A stretch of DNA of 64,000 nucleotides from Chthoniobacteraceae bacterium (GTDB taxonomy: Bacteria; Verrucomicrobiota; Verrucomicrobiia; Chthoniobacterales; Chthoniobacteraceae): the NCBI GenBank assembly GCA_031409335.1, contig JANNWY010000304.1, forward strand, positions 1-64,000, given 5' to 3'. The position numbers and the translations under genes were made by a program. The notes under the pieces were generated by a model. The model searched no databases, had not been told where the DNA came from, and worked only from the letters and a program-made list of their open reading frames with translations. Numbering within the stretch: position 1 is the stretch's first letter; each line of letters starts with the position of its first letter. Below are positions 58,618 through 64,000 of this stretch, one piece after another.

Positions 58618-60474
58618 ATGCCTCTCCTCGCCACTCTCAAGAACGCCTTTGGCTACGACTCCTTCCGCCCGCTGCAGGAGGAGATCATTACCGATGCGCT
58701 CGCGGGCCGCGATGTCTTCGCGCTGCTGCCGACCGGCGGCGGAAAGTCGCTGTGCTTTCAGCTTCCAGCCTTGATCCGCGAGGGATTGACGCTCGTCGTT
58801 TCGCCGTTGATCGCGCTGATGAAAGATCAGGTCGATGCGCTGGAGACGGCGGGCATTCCAGCGACTTTTCTGAATAGCACGCTCGGCGAGAAGGCGTCGA
58901 AAGAACGACTCAGCGGGCTTTACAACGGGAAGTATCGGCTGCTCTACGTCGCGCCCGAGCGGTTGATGGCGCCGACTTTTCTTGAAAGGTTGCGCGAGTG
59001 GAATGTGGCGCAGGTGGCGATCGACGAGGCGCACTGCATTTCGGAGTGGGGCCACGATTTTCGCCCCGAGTACCGCCAGATCGCTGCACTGCGGCAGCAC
59101 CTGCCGGGCGTGCCCTTCATGGCGCTCACCGCCACGGCGACGGATCGCGTGCGAGCGGATATCGTCGCGCAACTGCGCCTCGCGGATGCGCGGTGCTACG
59201 TCGCGAGTTTCAACCGGCCAAATCTCACGTACCGCGTCGTGCCGAAGGAAGGCGCATATGCGCAGACGCTGCGCTTCATCCGCGCGCGGAAGGGCGAGTG
59301 CGGCATCGTCTATTGCTTCAGCCGGAAGGCCGCGGAGTCTGTGGCGGAGCGACTCGCGGAGGATGGTGTCGCGGCGCGGCCATATCACGCCGGGCTTTCC
59401 GACAAAGTGCGCGCGGAAAATCAGGAGATGTTTCTGCGCGATGAAGCGCGCGTGATTTGCGCGACGATCGCGTTCGGGATGGGCATCAACAAACCGAACG
59501 TGCGCTTCGTCATTCACCACGATTTGCCAAAGAACATCGAAGGCTACTATCAGGAAACCGGACGCGCCGGACGCGACGGTTTGCCCGGCGAATGCCTGCT
59601 GCTGTTCGGGCTCGGCGATGTCGCGAAGCAGATCAGTTTCATCGACGAGAAAACCGATCCCGAAGAGCGGCGCGTGGCCCGCGCGCAGCTTCAGCGGATG
59701 GTCCACTACGCGGAATGCGCGGGCTGCCGCCGGGCCGATTTGCTTTCGTATTTCGGCGAGACTTTTCCCGAGCCAAACTGCGGCGCGTGCGACAACTGCC
59801 TGACGCCGCGCGACACCTTCGACGGCACGGTGGCCGCGCAGAAGCTGCTCTCGAACGTGTGGCGCACGCGCGAGGCGTCGTACACAAGGAGCGCGACGTT
59901 TGGGCTGAATCATCACGTCGAAGTGCTGACGGGTGCAGAGAGCGAGCGCATCCGCAAATGGAAGCATGACCAACTCAGCACGTATGGCATCGGGAAGGAG
60001 CACACGCGCAGCGAGTGGCTGGCGTTTGGGCGCGAGCTGGTGCGGCTCGGAATGCTGCGGCAGGCGGACGGGGAATTTCCAACGATCGAGATGACCGAGG
60101 ACGGCCGGCGTTTTCTCAAGGAGCGCGGCAAGATCACGCTCACGCGCCCGCCACCGCGCGCCATCGGCAAGCCGGACCGCGACGAAAGCGGGCGGCGTCG
60201 CAAACGCACGGGCGAAATCGCGTGCGACGAAATGCTCTTCGAGACGCTGCGCCAGCTCCGCCGCGAAATCGCCGACTCGCGCAACGTGCCCGCGTATGTG
60301 ATTTTCGGCGACGTGACGCTGCGCGAAATGGCGCGCGATTATCCGACGAACGAGCGTGAGTTTTCCAATCTGAGCGGCGTCGGCGCGAAGAAACTCGATG
60401 AGTTCGGCGCGCAGTTCATGGATGCGATCGTGAAACACCTGCGCTCGAATCCGAAGCAGGCGTTTCTCGACTAG
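58618..60474 (+). CDS. recQ: ATP-dependent DNA helicase RecQ
   Basis: PTGGGKSLCFQ, DEAHCISEWGHDFRPEY, ALTATA, YYQETGRAGRDG, CRR...CGACDNC, HRDC domain (VPAYVIFGD). Confidence 0.96.
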   Translation: MPLLATLKNAFGYDSFRPLQEEIITDALAGRDVFALLPTGGGKSLCFQLPALIREGLTLVVSPLIALMKDQVDALETAGIPATFLNSTLGEKASKERLSGLYNGKYRLLYVAPERLMAPTFLERLREWNVAQVAIDEAHCISEWGHDFRPEYRQIAALRQHLPGVPFMALTATATDRVRADIVAQLRLADARCYVASFNRPNLTYRVVPKEGAYAQTLRFIRARKGECGIVYCFSRKAAESVAERLAEDGVAARPYHAGLSDKVRAENQEMFLRDEARVICATIAFGMGINKPNVRFVIHHDLPKNIEGYYQETGRAGRDGLPGECLLLFGLGDVAKQISFIDEKTDPEERRVARAQLQRMVHYAECAGCRRADLLSYFGETFPEPNCGACDNCLTPRDTFDGTVAAQKLLSNVWRTREASYTRSATFGLNHHVEVLTGAESERIRKWKHDQLSTYGIGKEHTRSEWLAFGRELVRLGMLRQADGEFPTIEMTEDGRRFLKERGKITLTRPPPRAIGKPDRDESGRRRKRTGEIACDEMLFETLRQLRREIADSRNVPAYVIFGDVTLREMARDYPTNEREFSNLSGVGAKKLDEFGAQFMDAIVKHLRSNPKQAFLD

Positions 60475-60494
60475 CGACCAGCATCCGAAAAATT

Positions 60495-60617
60495 AAGCCG
60501 AAGGCCCGGGACTGCGGTGATTCCTTCACCGCTTTTTCGTGGCACGGTGCCAAACCGCAAGGCGACCCGTTTCCTCAAAGCGGTGAAGGAATCACCGCAG
60601 TCCAGAGCCTTCGGCTT
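60495..60617. repeat. REP-like palindromic element, family B copy 2
   Basis: aagccgaaggcccgggactgcggtgattccttcaccgcttt ... aaagcggtgaaggaatcaccgcagtccagagccttcggctt. Confidence 0.85.
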
Positions 60618-61310
60618 TTAGCTGCGTGATATGGCTTCCAGTTTGTCCAGTAACGCGAACAGCGCTGCCTTCGCCACCGGCAAATCAGCAGGCGTCGCCA
60701 TCAATTGCTCGCGCGATTGCACCCAGCGTCCCGGCGCGACCGCGGCGCTGCCCACTGCCTTCAGATCGGACTCACTCAGCGCCTGCATTTCGATGTGAAA
60801 TTGCAGCGCGACGACACGATCGCCGAAGACGAACGCCTGATTCGCGCACGCCTCGCTCCGCGCAACATGCCGCGCGCCGTTTGGCAGCGTGAACGTGTCG
60901 CCGTGCCAGTGCATCGCGGTGAGCGTCTCCGGGAAATCCACGAACGGCTCCGCGCGATCGAGCATCCGAATCGGGAACCAGCCGATCTCTTTTTCCGAAT
61001 GCTGAAACACTTTCCCGCCGAGCGCATCCGCCAGCAATTGCGCGCCAAGGCAAATCCCGAGCACCGGCTTCCCCGCCGCGATCGCGTCGGCAATGAACGC
61101 CTTCTCCGCCACGAGCCACGGATGATCGCGGTGCTGATGAATATTCATCGGCCCGCCCATGATGACGAGCAGATCGACCTCGCCGAGCGGCGGCAGCGCG
61201 CCGCCGCGATCGAGCAGCGCGCTCATCAGCCGATGCCCGCGCGCCGCCGCCCAATCCGCAACGAGGCCGGGATTTTCCAACGGATCGTGTTCGAGCACGT
61301 GAATGCGCAT
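60618..61310 (-). CDS. Class I glutamine amidotransferase
   Basis: IMGGPM, VLGICLGAQ, EIGW, HWHGD, LQFHIE. Confidence 0.9.
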   Translation of the reverse strand: MRIHVLEHDPLENPGLVADWAAARGHRLMSALLDRGGALPPLGEVDLLVIMGGPMNIHQHRDHPWLVAEKAFIADAIAAGKPVLGICLGAQLLADALGGKVFQHSEKEIGWFPIRMLDRAEPFVDFPETLTAMHWHGDTFTLPNGARHVARSEACANQAFVFGDRVVALQFHIEMQALSESDLKAVGSAAVAPGRWVQSREQLMATPADLPVAKAALFALLDKLEAISRS

Positions 61311-61325
61311 GAGCGGAGTATGAAA

Positions 61326-61394
61326 GGAAATGACCAATGACCAATGACGCAATGACCAATTGTCGCGCAAATCGCTGGGTCATTGGTCATTTCC
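61326..61394. repeat. AATGACC heptamer repeats forming a 17-bp perfect inverted repeat
   Basis: GGAAATGACCAATGACC (61326-61342) / GGTCATTGGTCATTTCC (61378-61394). Confidence 0.8.
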
Positions 61395-61410
61395 CCGTTA
61401 GCTTCCGGCT

Positions 61411-62166
61411 GTGATTCGTTTCCTGCTGCCATTCCTCATCCCCGTCATCACGCTCGCTGCCGAGCCTCCCATTCCCGCCGAAGACCGCGCGCAAATGCTC
61501 GCGGGTTTTACTGCGCAAATCACGAAACTCGACGACGCGATCAAAGCCGCGCCGGAGTCCGTGCGGCTGTATTCGCAGCGCGGCGACGCCCATCTTTTCC
61601 TCGGCCACTTCGCGGAGGCCGTCGTGGATTTCGAGAAAATGATCGCGCTCGATTCGACGGAGGATGCGCCGCATTGGCGGCTCGGTATTGCCTATTATTT
61701 CACCGATGCATTTGCGAAATCGGCAAAGCAGTTTGTGAAATATCACGACCACGACGGCGGTGATCGCGAAAACGGGATTTGGAAATTTCTCGGCGATGCA
61801 AAAGTGCTCGGCCTCGAACCTGCGCGGAAAACCATGCTCGAATACACCCGCTTCGACCGCGAGCCGTTTCCCGCGCTTTACGCGATGTTCGCGAGCGGAA
61901 AGACGGCTGCTCTTTTCGCCGAGCTGAAAACGAAGGAACTGACGGCGAACGGGTCGGTGATGTTTTTCGCGAACTACTACGCAGGCCTGAACGAGGAAAT
62001 CCTCGGCCATTGTGAAAAGGCGCTGGAGCTATTGCGCGAAGCCGTTGCAGGCGGCTGGAAGGATCGCCGCGGCGGTGAGCCGAGTTACATGTGGCAGGTG
62101 GCGCGTCTGCATTTCGATCAACTCAGCGCGCAAAAACCCAAAAACCTCCGTAGCGAGTGCGAATAA
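61411..62166 (+). CDS. TPR-containing exported protein (NlpI-like)
   Basis: Signal peptide, YSQRGDAHLFLGHFAEAVVDF, WRLGIAYY, DRENGIW, FFANYYAGL. Confidence 0.78.
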   Translation: MIRFLLPFLIPVITLAAEPPIPAEDRAQMLAGFTAQITKLDDAIKAAPESVRLYSQRGDAHLFLGHFAEAVVDFEKMIALDSTEDAPHWRLGIAYYFTDAFAKSAKQFVKYHDHDGGDRENGIWKFLGDAKVLGLEPARKTMLEYTRFDREPFPALYAMFASGKTAALFAELKTKELTANGSVMFFANYYAGLNEEILGHCEKALELLREAVAGGWKDRRGGEPSYMWQVARLHFDQLSAQKPKNLRSECE

Positions 62167-62172
62167 GTAAGG

Positions 62173-62547
62173 TGCAGGCGCAGCTCCAACAACGGCCAAA
62201 GGCTTCTGCCCGCAGAGCCCGCCCTCAACGGGTCTTTCCCGGGGTAATCAAAATGCGCCACGCGAGTTAAACTCGCCGGCTGGCCGTGGGTCGAAGGGAT
62301 GGTGCGGCGAAGCGAACCGCGGATCTAAAACTGCAATCGAGCGGGAGTTGGCGGGGCATTTCGGTCGGAGCAAACGACTGAAGTGCAAGTAGCGTCAGTG
62401 CCAATCCGCGCCTGTAGCCGGAAACTGGAGTCGATCTGAACGCGGCAATAGTCGGGAATATTTTGCCAGCCAAGGGCGTTGCTCCGGGCTGGCCTGTCTC
62501 AGCCCGTCGGGTTGCCTGAAGTGGCAAGTCTGCAAACACGCCCCGAC
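62173..62547 (+). ncRNA. Candidate large structured non-coding RNA (family not recognised)
   Basis: Lies in a 523-nt gap with no credible ORF; about ten helices including long-range closing stems, several with G-U pairs on the + strand (details in findings). Confidence 0.6.
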
Positions 62548-62689
62548 CTCGGGCGCGGAAATCACGGATTGATAGGAGGCGCCGCGCGCTTGAGTCGATT
62601 CACGCGCGGGGCCGGGGCGATGCTTCGCGAAAGCATTTGGTACCGTGGCGGGGCGCGCTTATCGTCCGCAAAATTTGCCGTTTCCGACA

Positions 62690-64000
62690 ATGCGACCACA
62701 CACGCTTGATCCTGATTTTTCCACGACGCCGACCGAGAAACCGACGGGTTCGGATCGGTGGATGCTGCCGCTTTACTGGCTGGCCGGGGCGCGTTGGGAA
62801 TCGCTGCGCGAATGCCATGCGACGGAGCGCGAACGGGTGGCGGTGCTGGGTTCGACGGTGTTGATCCCGACGATGATGGCATTTCTCGGAATGCTCTTTT
62901 ATGCGAAGAGCCGGTTTGCCGATCCGCCGTGGTTGCAGTGCGTGGGGATCGCGCTGGCGTGGGCGTTTGTCATCTTGAATACGGATCGTATTTTGCTGGC
63001 GACTTACCGGCCATTTCAGGCGTGGCACCGGCGGTTCATGCAGGTGGTTTTCCGATTCATCCTGGCGGGGGTGGTGAGTGTGGCGATCGCGTTTCCGTTT
63101 TGTCTGGATCAATTCCGACCGGCGATTCAGCACCGTTATCAGACGGAGTATCAGCAACTGATGGGGACGCTGCGGGAGGAGGAAAACCGCGTGCGAAAGG
63201 AGTCGGAGACGGAGTATCGGGCGCAGCGCGATGGGCTGGCGGCGCAGCTCCCGGCGTTGCAGGATGCGATCACAAATCCGCAAGTCTATGCGGATGCAAA
63301 AGTGGAGGAGGAAAAGAAGAAAGCGTCGGAGCCGGAGTTTGTGGCGCCTGCGAGTGGGGCGACACGGACGATGATTTCGCAGATCGAGGCGGCGAAAGAG
63401 ACGCTGGCTGCCACGGAGGCTTCGCTTTCAGAAAGGCACGATCTTCACCGCCGACTCGTGGAGGCGACGGCGCGGGAAGCGCTCGGGCAGCCGAATGAGT
63501 TTTATCCCGAAGCGAAGAAGGCTGGAGACGGGCCGCGCTTAAAAGATCTGCAGGTGCGGGACGGAGCGACGATGAAGGAAATCCGCAGCTTGCAGGCGGC
63601 GGCCGCGGCTCAGATGGATGGGTTGCGGACGTTCGACAAAACAATGGCGGCGCAGCGTCTCGTGGATCGCAATAGCTATCTGGATGGGATCGCGGCACGG
63701 CGCGATGCCTATGTCGATGAAGCGAAGGAAAAGGAGCGTATCCGCAGCGAGAGGCTGGATCGGCTGAACGGCGACATCGCCCGCCTTGATGAGGATCGGG
63801 TGAATGCGCGGAAGCTGCATGAGGCGCGCTACCTCCCACGCATCGCGCTTTACGAGCGAAAGATGACCGGCGTGCTCGATCCGATGGAGGAAACGATCGG
63901 GCTGTATAAAGTGATTTTTCTGATCGCGCCGGATGCCGACCCGGTCGAGCAGCGCGAATACGGATTCCGCTGGATCGCGGGGCTGTTCCCGTTCCTCGTA
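62690..64000 (+). CDS. DUF4407-type membrane protein with long coiled coil (runs off the window)
   Basis: Absent from the ORF track (no stop in window). Hand translation from ATG 62690: YWLAGA...ERERVAVLGSTVLIPTMMAF...WAFVILNTDRILL...RFILAGVVSVAIAFPF, then coiled coil; the same frame reads through the last bases. Confidence 0.8.
   Translation, partial: MRPHTLDPDFSTTPTEKPTGSDRWMLPLYWLAGARWESLRECHATERERVAVLGSTVLIPTMMAFLGMLFYAKSRFADPPWLQCVGIALAWAFVILNTDRILLATYRPFQAWHRRFMQVVFRFILAGVVSVAIAFPFCLDQFRPAIQHRYQTEYQQLMGTLREEENRVRKESETEYRAQRDGLAAQLPALQDAITNPQVYADAKVEEEKKKASEPEFVAPASGATRTMISQIEAAKETLAATEASLSERHDLHRRLVEATAREALGQPNEFYPEAKKAGDGPRLKDLQVRDGATMKEIRSLQAAAAAQMDGLRTFDKTMAAQRLVDRNSYLDGIAARRDAYVDEAKEKERIRSERLDRLNGDIARLDEDRVNARKLHEARYLPRIALYERKMTGVLDPMEETIGLYKVIFLIAPDADPVEQREYGFRWIAGLFPFLV

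Noticed and set aside
62330..62460. Group I intron-like words (GCGGGA, AATCCGC, ACGACTG, ATAGTC) in the RNA candidate
   Set aside because: The order is wrong (the R-like word precedes the Q-like word), the P7 base next to the bulge does not covary as expected, and no interrupted host gene is evident. Still worth a cmscan.
62167..62689. tmRNA, RNase P, SRP, 6S or cobalamin riboswitch identity; small ORFs 62267-62539 and 62479-62709
   Set aside because: Signature motifs were not found on either strand, and the ORFs have no recognisable domain.

Overview
GC-rich bacterial chromosomal window, most likely Verrucomicrobiota. This is an inference from the PEP-CTERM protein, the Verrucomicrobia/Planctomycete-type 'Minf_1886' protein, the DUF1592-type cytochrome, ECF sigma/Ser-Thr kinase pairs and futalosine-pathway mqnD. 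From 1 to 26 kb there is a signalling-rich region: three Hanks-type kinases (two with TPR arrays, one with WD40 repeats), three ECF sigma factors plus an ECF remnant, an MNT-HEPN toxin-antitoxin pair, a DUF1592-type cytochrome, a flavodoxin-less CysJ-like reductase, and a ~1,975-aa LamG/lamin-tail/CotH exoprotein broken by two 1-nt frameshifts. The rest is mostly housekeeping: livK-H-M-G interrupted by a PIN module, a minor-pilin trio, sdhCA, msrB, a 1,214-aa FN3/diheme exoprotein, gpmI, tRNA-Gln(TTG), eda, crcB, mqnD, a DnaJ/CbpA-like gene, kdsD, rpsU, recQ and a DUF4407-type gene. Two REP/MITE-like palindrome families and heptamer-repeat hairpins sit in intergenic gaps. The standout observation is a ~375-nt intergenic segment (62173-62547) with many nested and long-range helices whose G-U pairs favour the + strand. 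It does not show the hallmarks of the standard RNA genes and is a candidate large structured non-coding RNA. All family assignments come from motif recognition by eye, not from database searches.
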